Assembly (NCBI GenBank): GCA_041589455.1
Contig: JBFHVQ010000002.1
Span: 9,120 to 73,119 of the forward strand
DNA: 64,000 nucleotides
From: Gammaproteobacteria bacterium
Lineage (GTDB): Bacteria > Pseudomonadota > Gammaproteobacteria > SZUA-229
Direction of reading: 5' to 3'
Shown: piece by piece, positions 50,333 to 59,732 of the stretch
Numbering within the stretch: the first letter of the stretch is position 1
How the letters are laid out: each line of letters opens with the position of its first letter
Made by a program: the position numbers and the translations under genes
Notes under the pieces: model-generated
The model's input: the letters and a program-made list of their open reading frames with translations, nothing else
Database searches by the model: none
Told to the model about the DNA's origin: nothing

Positions 50333-51040
50333 TCAATATTTTTCTGCGCGCGCCAGACACCACACATCAACTCGCTCAACTTGTCCTGATAACAATGTTT
50401 TTGTCAGTTCAGAAACACTGGAAGTCGTGGTAACAACATCATCAAATATTACGACATGACGATACGCCTGTTTATTCTGGAATCGAAAGGCGCCCTTTAT
50501 ATTTTGTTTCCTTTGTCTGGCATTTTTTCCCGTCTGGTGCTGGGTATTTCGTACCCGCTGACAACAGGTGCTGTCTATTTTTATATTTAATGCCTCTGCC
50601 ACAGGCCTGATCAATAGTTCCGACTGATTAAATCCTCGCTGACGCAGCCGAGCGGAATGCAAAGGCATCGGAATAATGACTTCAGGCCAGCCAGTGTCAT
50701 CATGCCAACAGAACAACTTCTGCATCATCAACATTGATAACACCGGACCGAAAGCCAGCTTATCATTAAATTTTAGCTGTTGAATCATCCATTCGAGCGG
50801 TTGTGAATAAATAAACGGGCTCCACAGGCGTTGATAGGACGGCGGCTTTGACAGGCACTGGCCACAGATCGATTGCTCTGTTACACCTTTCAATGGAACC
50901 CCGCAATGCATGCAAGGCAAGTGATTTTCTACTATATCGACAGCGCAGTGCTGACAAATCGCAATCCCATCAAGCAGGCCGCCACTCGCGTCACATAATA
51001 AACATCGGTATGGATATAAAATATCAAGAAGTGATCGCAT
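50333..51040 (-). CDS. comF: ComF-family phosphoribosyltransferase-like protein
   Basis: N-terminal Cys4 zinc-finger pattern (CLLC...CQHC, CMHC...CGQC) and a C-terminal PRT motif VVIFDDVVTT. Confidence 0.85.
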   Translation of the reverse strand: MRSLLDILYPYRCLLCDASGGLLDGIAICQHCAVDIVENHLPCMHCGVPLKGVTEQSICGQCLSKPPSYQRLWSPFIYSQPLEWMIQQLKFNDKLAFGPVLSMLMMQKLFCWHDDTGWPEVIIPMPLHSARLRQRGFNQSELLIRPVAEALNIKIDSTCCQRVRNTQHQTGKNARQRKQNIKGAFRFQNKQAYRHVVIFDDVVTTTSSVSELTKTLLSGQVERVDVWCLARAEKY

Positions 51041-51128
51041 AAATTCCTTTGCATCATCGGTTTAATCCCTTTTTGGAGCAAATACAGGTATCATAGGCTC
51101 CTCACTGCAATATATAGATTTACACCAC

Positions 51129-52166
51129 ATGACTCAAGCCAATACACAGCAAAACAATACCCCATTACGTCACGACTGGAGCCTGCAGGAGATAAAGGCA
51201 CTGCTTGATACACCTTTCAATGACTTGCTATTTCAGGCACACAGTCTGCATCGCCAATACCATGATCCTAATCAGGTGCAGATCAGTACCCTGCTCAGCA
51301 TTAAAACCGGTGCCTGCCCTGAAGACTGCGGTTATTGCTCACAAAGCGCCAAGCATAATACCGAACTGGAAAAAGAGCGCCTACTACCATTGGCTGAGGT
51401 AATCGACAAAGCAAAAATTGCCCGCGACAATGGCTCTTCACGTTTTTGCATGGGAGCGGCATGGCGCAACTCCACCGATAAGAACCTTGATAAAGTCATT
51501 GAAATGATTCGTGCTGTGAAAGACCTGGGCATGGAGTCCTGCGTCACCCTGGGCATGCTGACCCAGCAGCAAAGCCAGCGACTAAAAGAAGCAGGACTTG
51601 ATTACTACAACCACAACCTCGATACCTCGCCAGAGTTTTATGGCAATGTCATCAGCACGCGCACTTTTCAGGACCGCCTGGACACACTAAAACATGTTCG
51701 AGACAACGGCATTAATGTTTGCAGTGGCGGCATTCTCGGCATGGGTGAAAGCGCCACCGATCGCGCATCGATGCTGCAACAACTGGCCAATATGCCCCAA
51801 CACCCTGAAAGTGTACCGATTAATATGCTGGTACAGGTCGAGGGCACCCCGCTCTATGGCAGCGATGGCATCGACAGCATTGAGTTTGTCCGCAGCATTG
51901 CCGCTGCTCGTATTCTCATGCCAGCGTCACAGGTTCGCCTGTCGGCAGGCCGCCATGAAATGACTGATGAGATGCAAGCCATGTGTTTCTTCGCTGGCGC
52001 AAACTCCATCTTCTATGGTGACAAACTCCTCACCACTGATAACTGTGAAACCAACGATGACCTGGCACTATTTGCACGGCTCGGCATTACGCCAACTCAA
52101 GCTGAAGAGCACGGCCAGTCTCATGACCATGCTGAATTTACTGCCGAAGCCTGCCATTCGTCATAA
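51129..52166 (+). CDS. bioB: biotin synthase
   Basis: [15 protein letters not shown] radical SAM motif, YNHNLDTS and GGILGMGE. Confidence 0.96.
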   Translation: MTQANTQQNNTPLRHDWSLQEIKALLDTPFNDLLFQAHSLHRQYHDPNQVQISTLLSIKTGACPEDCGYCSQSAKHNTELEKERLLPLAEVIDKAKIARDNGSSRFCMGAAWRNSTDKNLDKVIEMIRAVKDLGMESCVTLGMLTQQQSQRLKEAGLDYYNHNLDTSPEFYGNVISTRTFQDRLDTLKHVRDNGINVCSGGILGMGESATDRASMLQQLANMPQHPESVPINMLVQVEGTPLYGSDGIDSIEFVRSIAAARILMPASQVRLSAGRHEMTDEMQAMCFFAGANSIFYGDKLLTTDNCETNDDLALFARLGITPTQAEEHGQSHDHAEFTAEACHSS

Positions 52167-52172
52167 ATTGCT

Positions 52173-53324
52173 ATGAAAGACCTGAAAAAGGCACTGGAGC
52201 AACAGCAGCAACAAGGCTTGTACCGCCGTCGCCGCTGTCTGCAGAGCCCCCAGGGGCGAAGCATCACCCTGGATGGTCAGCAACTGCTGAACTTTTGCAG
52301 CAATGACTATCTGGGTCTCGCCAATCACCCGGAAGTCGTGCGCAGCTTTAAACTGGCAGCTGATCAATATGGCGTAGGTAGTGGCTCAGCCCATCTGGTG
52401 AATGGGCACAGTCGGCCACATCATCAACTGGAAGAAGCGCTGGCTGAGTTTACCGGTTACCCACGTACACTACTCTTTTCCACAGGCTATATGGCAAATC
52501 TGGCAGTCGCGCAAAGCCTGTGTGGTCATAACGACAACATTATCGAAGATCGCCTCAATCACGCCTCACTTCTGGATGCTGCTAAACTGAGCGGCGGCAA
52601 GCTGATGCGTTACCTGCACCTTGACTACCAGAGCCTGCAAACAAAACTGCAGCGCTGTGATAAGGGCGAAATCCTGGTCGCTTCAGATGCTGTATTCAGC
52701 ATGGACGGCGATGAGGTCAATATCCGCCAGTGGCTGGACAGCGCCCGCACAAAAGACAGCTGGACCATGCTGGATGATGCCCATGGCTTTGGCGTACTGG
52801 GTGAACTGGGTAAAGGCTCATTAAGTGAACAGAAGGTTAAAAACCATGATTTACATGTTTATATGGCAACCCTGGGGAAAGCCATAGGCACTTCAGGCGC
52901 ATTCATTGCCGCCTCAGACGATCTCATCGAGTACCTGCTCCAGACCGCCAGAAGCTATATCTACACCACGGCCATGCCCCCTGCCATAGCCCAGGCGAGC
53001 CTTTGCAGCCTTCAGCTATTAATTGATGAACCCTATAGACAGCACAGCCTGAAAAACAATATCTGCTTATTCAAACAGCTTGCTGCACAGGCACAAATCC
53101 CTGTAATGCCGTCAAATAGCGCTATCCAGCCTGTCATGATTGGCTGCCCCGAAAGCGCACTGTTAATCAGCGAAAAACTTTTTCAAAACGGCCTGCATAT
53201 TGCTGCCATTCGACCTCCTACGGTCCCTCAAAATACCGCCCGGCTGCGAATCACCTTACGTGCGGACCACACAAGTGACGATATTCTGCGCCTGGTGGAA
53301 CAGCTTCAGGCAACTTTGAACTAG
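52173..53324 (+). CDS. bioF: 8-amino-7-oxononanoate synthase
   Basis: NDYLGL, SGSAHLVNGH, DDAHGFGVLG and TLGKA (PLP Lys). Confidence 0.93.
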   Translation: MKDLKKALEQQQQQGLYRRRRCLQSPQGRSITLDGQQLLNFCSNDYLGLANHPEVVRSFKLAADQYGVGSGSAHLVNGHSRPHHQLEEALAEFTGYPRTLLFSTGYMANLAVAQSLCGHNDNIIEDRLNHASLLDAAKLSGGKLMRYLHLDYQSLQTKLQRCDKGEILVASDAVFSMDGDEVNIRQWLDSARTKDSWTMLDDAHGFGVLGELGKGSLSEQKVKNHDLHVYMATLGKAIGTSGAFIAASDDLIEYLLQTARSYIYTTAMPPAIAQASLCSLQLLIDEPYRQHSLKNNICLFKQLAAQAQIPVMPSNSAIQPVMIGCPESALLISEKLFQNGLHIAAIRPPTVPQNTARLRITLRADHTSDDILRLVEQLQATLN

Positions 53325-53369
53325 ATATAGCCTCGCAACCCTGGCTAGCAGAAAAATTCTCACCGTTAG

Positions 53370-53383
53370 CTGCTTTATATCAA
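53370..53383. promoter_or_regulatory. candidate FNR/Anr box upstream of hemN
   Basis: CTGCT-ttat-ATCAA matches TTGAT-N4-ATCAA at 8 of 10 positions. TATTAT at 53406-53411 is placed as expected for a class II (-41.5) promoter. Confidence 0.3.
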
Positions 53384-53441
53384 GAAATTAACACCTCTTT
53401 CAGTCTATTATTCCTTCTCTTACTAACTCTGAGCCCCTCCC

Positions 53442-54824
53442 ATGACAGGCATCACTTTTGATACAGATTTAATAAAAAAATACGATATCGCTGGACCAAG
53501 ATATACCTCTTACCCCACAGCGGTACAGTTCAGCCCAGATTTCACTGAAGCGGATTACCGCCAGCAGGCTGAAAAATCCAATCTAAGTGGCCGCGACCTG
53601 TCCTTGTATTTTCATCTGCCTTTCTGTGACACCATTTGTTATTACTGTGCATGCAACAAAGTTATTACTAAAGACCGCAGCAAGGCAGCACCATATTTAG
53701 AAGCCCTGCACCGGGAAATCGCCATGCAGAGCGAATTATTCGACGCTTCACGTCGCGTCAATCAACTCCACTGGGGTGGTGGCACACCTACATTCATTAG
53801 CCATCAGGAAATGCGCGAACTAATGGATGTCACACGCCAGCACTTCAACCTGCACGATGATGACAGTGGTGAATATTCCATCGAGATCGATCCACGGGAA
53901 GTCAGCCGTGACAGCATTAAACTACTACGGGAAATTGGTTTTAACCGCATGAGTCTCGGTGTACAGGATTTTGACCCTGCAGTACAGAAAGCGGTAAACC
54001 GTATTCAGTCTGAGCAGCAAACTTTAGATGCTTTAAGCAGTGCGCGTGAATTTGGTTTTAAGTCGATTAGTACCGACCTGATTTATGGTCTACCCTTGCA
54101 AACAGTTGACAGCTTTAGTCACACTCTACAAAAAATTATCGACATCAGCCCGGATCGCATTTCGCTGTTTAACTATGCTCACATGCCAGAGCTATTCAAA
54201 CCTCAGCGCCGCATCAACGAAGCAGATATGCCACCTGCCGAGCTCAAACTGGTTATTCTTAAACAAAGCATTGAACAGCTCATTGAGGCAGGCTATGTCT
54301 ATATCGGTATGGACCACTTTGCCAAACCCGATGATGAACTTAGCATTGCACAGCAAGAGGGTAAGCTTTATCGTAATTTTCAGGGCTATGCGACTCATGC
54401 TGATTGCGACCTGATTGGAATGGGCATCACATCGATTGGCACTATCGACAATAGCTTTTCACAAAACGTTAAAACACTAGATGAATATACACAATTAATA
54501 AACTCAGGAATGCTTGCCGTTTTTCGTGGCATCAAGATCGATCAAGACGACCTGATTCGCAGAGATGTCATCATGCAACTTATCTGTCATTTTAATTTGA
54601 ATTTTGACACAATGGCGGCTAAACATAGTATAAGTTTTAATGATTATTTTTCATCGGAACTAAAACAGCTTAGGCTGATGTGTAACGATGGATTAATCGA
54701 CATGAATGAACAATCCATACAGGTAACAGATAAGGGTCGTTTGTTGATTCGAAATATTTGCATGGTATTCGATCGATACCTGAACAAATCACAGAATCAA
54801 CAGCGATTTTCAAGGGCTATCTAA
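53442..54824 (+). CDS. hemN: oxygen-independent coproporphyrinogen III oxidase
   Basis: GPRYTSYPTA, YFHLPFCDTICYYCACN and GGGTPT motifs. 460 aa. Confidence 0.95.
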   Translation: MTGITFDTDLIKKYDIAGPRYTSYPTAVQFSPDFTEADYRQQAEKSNLSGRDLSLYFHLPFCDTICYYCACNKVITKDRSKAAPYLEALHREIAMQSELFDASRRVNQLHWGGGTPTFISHQEMRELMDVTRQHFNLHDDDSGEYSIEIDPREVSRDSIKLLREIGFNRMSLGVQDFDPAVQKAVNRIQSEQQTLDALSSAREFGFKSISTDLIYGLPLQTVDSFSHTLQKIIDISPDRISLFNYAHMPELFKPQRRINEADMPPAELKLVILKQSIEQLIEAGYVYIGMDHFAKPDDELSIAQQEGKLYRNFQGYATHADCDLIGMGITSIGTIDNSFSQNVKTLDEYTQLINSGMLAVFRGIKIDQDDLIRRDVIMQLICHFNLNFDTMAAKHSISFNDYFSSELKQLRLMCNDGLIDMNEQSIQVTDKGRLLIRNICMVFDRYLNKSQNQQRFSRAI

Positions 54825-54859
54825 TATCTGCTTTTAGCGAGTATATAAGGGAGTCAATC

Positions 54860-55321
54860 ATGCCATCTACATTGTTAAAAGAGTATCTTGACGAAAACGA
54901 TATTAAATATGTTTCCATTATGCACTCCATGGCTTTCACTGCAGTGGACATCGCCAAGAGTGCACATATACCGAGTCGCGAGCTAGCGAAAACAGTGATT
55001 CTGGAAGTTAACAGTGAAATGGCGATGGCTGTCGTTCCTGCCAACTATAAAGTAAATCTCGACATCATCAAAGACGCACTGGACACTCATGATGTTCGAC
55101 TGGCTGATGAGTCAAAGTTCACACCTCGTTTTAATGATTGCGAAGTTGGTGCTATGCCACCTTTTGGCTGCCTCTACGATATGGATGTTTATGTTGCGGA
55201 AAGTCTTTCTGAAGATGACAAAATTGCCTTTAATGCAGGTTCTCACCTCGAAGTGATTCAAATGGACTATAAGGATTATGAAAATCTGGTAAAACCCAGA
55301 TTTATTTTCCTTGATAACTAA
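54860..55321 (+). CDS. YbaK / aminoacyl-tRNA-synthetase-associated (deacylase-like) domain protein
   Basis: AAGGGAG SD before ATG 54860. LAKTVIL...GAMPPFG...AFNAGSH pattern. Confidence 0.75.
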   Translation: MPSTLLKEYLDENDIKYVSIMHSMAFTAVDIAKSAHIPSRELAKTVILEVNSEMAMAVVPANYKVNLDIIKDALDTHDVRLADESKFTPRFNDCEVGAMPPFGCLYDMDVYVAESLSEDDKIAFNAGSHLEVIQMDYKDYENLVKPRFIFLDN

Positions 55322-55349
55322 TTAATGCATAATTGAGGAGCATCTGCAG

Positions 55350-55559
55350 ATGAGCCATCAACGCGTTAACGAATTACTTTCAACCGCAAGCATACCACCC
55401 GGTATCAGCCGTACTTCTCGTAGTTTTGAAATCGATGGACGCTGGTATTTTGAACTGCGCGGCGGCGGACAGAAAGGCCCTTTTGATAGCAAAGAAGAGA
55501 TGCTTTCAGCACTCAACGAATTTATCCAGTTCCATCAAGAAATGAATAAGCAACTTTAA
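55350..55559 (+). CDS. small conserved hypothetical protein (WYFE-RGG-QKGP motif), paralogue 1
   Basis: GAGGAG SD. Core motif is shared with 55768-55968. Confidence 0.55.
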   Translation: MSHQRVNELLSTASIPPGISRTSRSFEIDGRWYFELRGGGQKGPFDSKEEMLSALNEFIQFHQEMNKQL

Positions 55560-55767
55560 TCAAAGCCCTTGTCTTATAAAAAAAATCAATCAGTTATTTT
55601 TCATACTGACTTCAAGCACTTAGCTTGCAACACCACATAAACGTGTCATACCGCTTGTCGCCTGGACATCCTGAGCAAATTGCGCTTAAATAGTTTTCCA
55701 TTATGCTTTACTTCATACGCTGATGAAATTTGTTAATTTTAAGCACAAATGAAAAGAGGCTTTATAT

Positions 55768-55968
55768 ATGCAGAAACATAGAGCAGGTGAAGTTTGTAAT
55801 ATCCCATTTAGAAATGAGCGACACTTTTGCGCCAATGGTCTTTGGTATTTTGAAGCAAGAGGCGGCGTCCAAAAGGGACCCTACAAGAGCAAAGAAGAAA
55901 TGGAAGGCGAGTTGCTCATGTTTATTCGTGAACAAAACATGTCAAATCAGGCAATCCAAGCATCCTGA
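55768..55968 (+). CDS. small conserved hypothetical protein (WYFE-RGG-QKGP motif), paralogue 2
   Basis: AAGAGG SD. Core motif is shared with 55350-55559. Preferred over the overlapping frame 55730-55972. Confidence 0.55.
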   Translation: MQKHRAGEVCNIPFRNERHFCANGLWYFEARGGVQKGPYKSKEEMEGELLMFIREQNMSNQAIQAS

Positions 55969-55991
55969 ATAAGAAGAGAATAATAATATTG

Positions 55992-56321
55992 TTATTCTCT
56001 GAACTCTGAAACACGGATACGTCCATTAATCATTTTAGATTCCCGTTTCATAATCTTCGACATTTTACCCCAGAATGCCTGCTTAAGATCAAAATCCTGA
56101 GCAATAGCCGTACCCATCAATAAAATTAGCAGGTCAGCACATTCCTCTGCAAGCTCATCTACCGACTTACCCTTACTGGCACACGCAGATATTTCACCCA
56201 GTTCTTCTGTCATCAGAGCTATTCGATACATCAGCTCTTCACCACCGGTATTTTTAAAGTCATGTTTATCGTGAAATGCCTGCACCTCTGCTAGCATTTG
56301 TTCATAGGAATCCTGATTCAT
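55992..56321 (-). CDS. MazG-like nucleotide pyrophosphohydrolase domain protein
   Basis: EELGEIS...ELAEECADLLILLMG EEXX(E/D) helices. Start at MNQDSYEQ. Confidence 0.75.
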   Translation of the reverse strand: MNQDSYEQMLAEVQAFHDKHDFKNTGGEELMYRIALMTEELGEISACASKGKSVDELAEECADLLILLMGTAIAQDFDLKQAFWGKMSKIMKRESKMINGRIRVSEFRE

Positions 56322-56460
56322 AATATTTATCACCAATAATCGAAGCACTAGTTTCGGATAAACTGCACATCCAGGCAAGTATTTATCATCCATACTTAAA
56401 GCAATACAGCAAATTTCCAGTTATCTATCTGAGATGTCGTTTATCGATAAGGAGCAGAAA

Positions 56461-56790
56461 ATGAATACCGCAGAGCACCTGAAAAATATTGAACTCGATG
56501 AGTATGGCTTACTTAAGCATCCAGAACTATGGAATAAGGAAGTAGCTCAAATGATGGCCACCGAGTTAGATGTCGGCCCTTTAACCGCTGACCACTGGAA
56601 TGTAATTGAAGCATTACGCAAACACTACGAACGCTTCGGTGTCGCACCTGCTATGCACAACATTTGTCGATCCAGTCATCACAGTGAAGACTGGGTACAT
56701 AATTTATTTCACAGCTGCTTAAATGCCTGGCGCGTTTCCGGACTGCCCGACCCTGGCGAAGAAGCCAAAGCTTATCTAAATGATATGTGA
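56461..56790 (+). CDS. TusE/DsrC-family protein lacking the C-terminal redox cysteines
   Basis: AAGGAG SD. DEYGLL...LTADHWNVIEALRKHYERFGVAPAM...SGLPDP follows the DsrC/TusE pattern but ends GEEAKAYLNDM instead of (T/K)GC(V/I). Confidence 0.85.
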   Translation: MNTAEHLKNIELDEYGLLKHPELWNKEVAQMMATELDVGPLTADHWNVIEALRKHYERFGVAPAMHNICRSSHHSEDWVHNLFHSCLNAWRVSGLPDPGEEAKAYLNDM

Positions 56791-56800
56791 GACTCTTCAA

Positions 56801-57598
56801 TTAGACGTCTTTTAGCAGCCGTTTAAAGCTTAAACGCTCTCGACTATCAAAGAGTCTACGCGATATTAACCAGAGCACAGATATCACACCGAGTCCTGTA
56901 CCTGCGGTAATCATAAACATAATCAATATCTGGTATTTAACTGCTTCAACTGGTGCTGCCCCTGCCAGAATCTGCCCCGTCATCATACCGGGTAAGCTAA
57001 CCAGTCCTGCTGCAGCCATCGAATTAATAATAGGAATCATGCCTGAGCGCATTGCGTCTTTACGAATGTCAGCAATTGAATCACAGGCTTCTTCACCCAG
57101 CATTAAGCGCTGTTCAATCACTGGGCGCTGCTGCCATGCTGTTTGCACCAGTCTGTCCATTCCTAAAGCAATGCCCGTCATGGTATTACCTAATAACATT
57201 CCTAATAAGGGAATAGCGTATTGTGGGCTATACCAGGGATCTGCCTGAATGATTACCAGCAAACACAATACTGTAACCAGAAAAGAGGAAACAAAAAGAG
57301 AGCCCGCACTAATACCAAAACCAAGTCCCGCCCTTAACTTTCGCTTCTGCCTCGATAGTATTTCCCAGCCTGCTACGGAAATCATGACACTTGCAATTAA
57401 CACAATAAAGAGAATGTTTGTGGTTTCAAATAAGGCTTTTAAAACCAGCCCTATCAACAATAACTGAATAGTGGTTCTGGCAGCAGCAATATATAGCTGA
57501 CCAGTAACTGCCAATTGCATTTTCCAGCTCAACAACCCTAGCAACAATATCAAAATAGCGGCTAACGAAAGATCAAGTGCTGTGAGCTGAATTAACAT
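56801..57598 (-). CDS. fetB: FetB/YbbM-type ABC exporter permease (UPF0014)
   Basis: About 7 TM segments. Overlaps the upstream ATPase gene by 7 nt. Pattern is typical of the YbbM family. Confidence 0.8.
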   Translation of the reverse strand: MLIQLTALDLSLAAILILLLGLLSWKMQLAVTGQLYIAAARTTIQLLLIGLVLKALFETTNILFIVLIASVMISVAGWEILSRQKRKLRAGLGFGISAGSLFVSSFLVTVLCLLVIIQADPWYSPQYAIPLLGMLLGNTMTGIALGMDRLVQTAWQQRPVIEQRLMLGEEACDSIADIRKDAMRSGMIPIINSMAAAGLVSLPGMMTGQILAGAAPVEAVKYQILIMFMITAGTGLGVISVLWLISRRLFDSRERLSFKRLLKDV

Positions 57599-58185
57599 AA
57601 CAACAAAATACCATCTGCAATTTGATACCGTTGTGTACTAATTCTCTGCAATTGCTCTATATCATGACTCACCCAGATTGACGCTGCATTTGATTGCTGA
57701 AGGTAGGATTTCACAAAAGTTTCTACAAGTGATGTGTTATTCGCATCCAGATTTGCTGTAGGCTCATCAAGCAACAACACCTCCGGATTAAACTGTATAG
57801 CACGCAGCAACCCCAGCCGTTGCTTTTCCCCACTAGACAATCTTGAGATACTCCATCCTGATACATCTGACTCAAAACCCAGCCTCTCTAATTGCTCTAA
57901 TGGAAACGTGGTGAAATGCTCACCTACCGTGTCATACCACCAGACCGATTCCGCCGGAATCATTGCAACTTTTTTACGCCATTGATGCGCTGGTACATCC
58001 TGCTGATTAACTCCATCCAGAGCAATATCACCGCTATGTGGCTCCATATCTGACAAGGCTCGAAGCAACTGCGACTTGCCAGATCCCGAAGCACCACTTA
58101 AACCTGTCAACTGCCTTGATTCCAGTTGCAGAGATATAGGCCCACAATCAAAATAACATAGATTTTCTATGGATAGCATTTTCAA
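57592..58185 (-). CDS. fetA: FetA/YbbL-type ABC ATPase
   Basis: Walker A GASGSGKS, signature LSSGEKQR, Walker B LLLDEP. Short (197 aa), as in YbbL. Confidence 0.82.
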   Translation of the reverse strand: MKMLSIENLCYFDCGPISLQLESRQLTGLSGASGSGKSQLLRALSDMEPHSGDIALDGVNQQDVPAHQWRKKVAMIPAESVWWYDTVGEHFTTFPLEQLERLGFESDVSGWSISRLSSGEKQRLGLLRAIQFNPEVLLLDEPTANLDANNTSLVETFVKSYLQQSNAASIWVSHDIEQLQRISTQRYQIADGILLLC

Positions 58186-58279
58186 AATAATTGCTTCTAA
58201 TCGCTTTTGTGTTAAACATTTTCAGTGCACGTCAATCTAACTGACTTGAGCAACACCTCAAGAACAGCAACTGTTATAT

Positions 58280-58753
58280 TCATACAGGACGCACAAAAAA
58301 CTTGCCTACTTCTACAGAATTGACTTTAACCTTTTGTCCTGCGGAAATTTTTTCCAATGCAACGTCGGGGTCAATCTCTACACGCCATTCAATACCCGAA
58401 TAACGTGTACTACCGGGAGAAACAAAACTGATATCCTGCTTGAGCACAAACTCGTAACCAACCAGATCACTGCTATTATCCTTTTTAGGTTTTCCCTGTG
58501 CCTGCATATTCTTTAATGGACGCCATAACACTCCCATAGCTATAGCAGAACAAATAGCCGCACTTGATATACCGACACTCCAGACTTCTTCAAGCACTCC
58601 CGTCAACATGAGCAATCCTGTCAACAAAGACCCCAGACTGGCAAATAGCAGAATACCCGTCACCATACCCGTGGCAACTTCGATAGATAGCAGCACAAAG
58701 CCAAGCGCAAACCAGAATTGCGCCTGATGATCATTAATATATTCAATTAACAT
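58280..58753 (-). CDS. NfeD-family membrane protein
   Basis: N-terminal TM helices plus a C-terminal OB-fold. Immediately downstream of the SPFH gene. Confidence 0.8.
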   Translation of the reverse strand: MLIEYINDHQAQFWFALGFVLLSIEVATGMVTGILLFASLGSLLTGLLMLTGVLEEVWSVGISSAAICSAIAMGVLWRPLKNMQAQGKPKKDNSSDLVGYEFVLKQDISFVSPGSTRYSGIEWRVEIDPDVALEKISAGQKVKVNSVEVGKFFVRPV

Positions 58754-58755
58754 TA

Positions 58756-59706
58756 TCAGGACTCTTTACTGTTTTTATTGAGGCTATTGATAATAGTCAT
58801 TGCCTCTGCCACAACGCTAGAAGCATTACTCTGATTTTCTGGCAACAACACGACCGATGATTCTTTCGCAATCGCCTTTTTAGCGGCTATCGCTCTATCT
58901 GCCAGTTCCATCTGAATCGCTTTCTGACCTTCATCCGTATTCGCAACATCACCAATTAACTGTAGTGCTTTTGCCTTTGCTTCTGCCACTGCAATAATTG
59001 CTTCAGCCTCACCCTGTGCCAGCAGAATTTGCTCTTCTCTATCGGCCTCCGCATTCAGTACGGTCGAACGCTTTTCACCTTCAGCTACATTAATTGCAGA
59101 TTGACGCACGCCTTCAGATTCAAGCACTGATGCGCGCTTATCACGTTCTGCCTTCATTTGCCTTTCCATTGCCTCAAGCACTGACCTTGGCGGCTCAATA
59201 TCCTTGATCTCATAACGTAACACCTGGACACCCCAGGGTTCCGCGGCTTCATTGATTATATTCACAATATTCGTATTTAAACTTTCACGCTCTTCAAATG
59301 TTTTATCCAGATCGATTTTTCCGATCTCTGAACGCATTGTTGTTTGTGCCAGTTGCGTCACTGCGTAAACATAATCATCCACACCATATGAAGCCTTATA
59401 TGGATCAATCACTTTTAAATAAAGCACACCATCCACAATCAATGAAATATTATCCTTAGTAATAGCCCCCTGACTTGGCACATCAACAGCCTGCTCTTTC
59501 AATGAGCGGTCATAAGCCACTTTATCAATAAAAGGAAACATAAAATTTAAGCCCGCCTCCATCGTGTTGTTATACTTACCAAACCTTTCAATTATCAGCG
59601 CTCTATTTTGCGAAACAAATTTTACTGACGTTTTGATAAATACAAATATCAATAGCGCAAGACCAACCCAGAAATTAAATATCAAACCAAGCAGTTCTTC
59701 TATCAT
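58756..59706 (-). CDS. SPFH/band-7 (stomatin/paraslipin-like) protein
   Basis: N-terminal TM, IIERFGKY, and an SPFH core with AEAD...A-rich coiled coil. Confidence 0.92.
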   Translation of the reverse strand: MIEELLGLIFNFWVGLALLIFVFIKTSVKFVSQNRALIIERFGKYNNTMEAGLNFMFPFIDKVAYDRSLKEQAVDVPSQGAITKDNISLIVDGVLYLKVIDPYKASYGVDDYVYAVTQLAQTTMRSEIGKIDLDKTFEERESLNTNIVNIINEAAEPWGVQVLRYEIKDIEPPRSVLEAMERQMKAERDKRASVLESEGVRQSAINVAEGEKRSTVLNAEADREEQILLAQGEAEAIIAVAEAKAKALQLIGDVANTDEGQKAIQMELADRAIAAKKAIAKESSVVLLPENQSNASSVVAEAMTIINSLNKNSKES

Positions 59707-59732
59707 TTTTACATCCCTTGTTTCTGTTATAT

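Noticed and set aside
51041-51128. BirA operator between comF and bioB (and upstream of bioA at 61775-61992)
   Set aside because: I found no ~40-bp imperfect palindrome of the TGTAAACC/GGTTTACA type by eye. A matrix scan is needed before any claim.
55730-55972. 80-aa ORF overlapping the second WYFE-RGG mini-protein in another frame
   Set aside because: The 55768-55968 frame shares a conserved core with the paralogue at 55350-55559 and has an SD. The alternative frame has neither.
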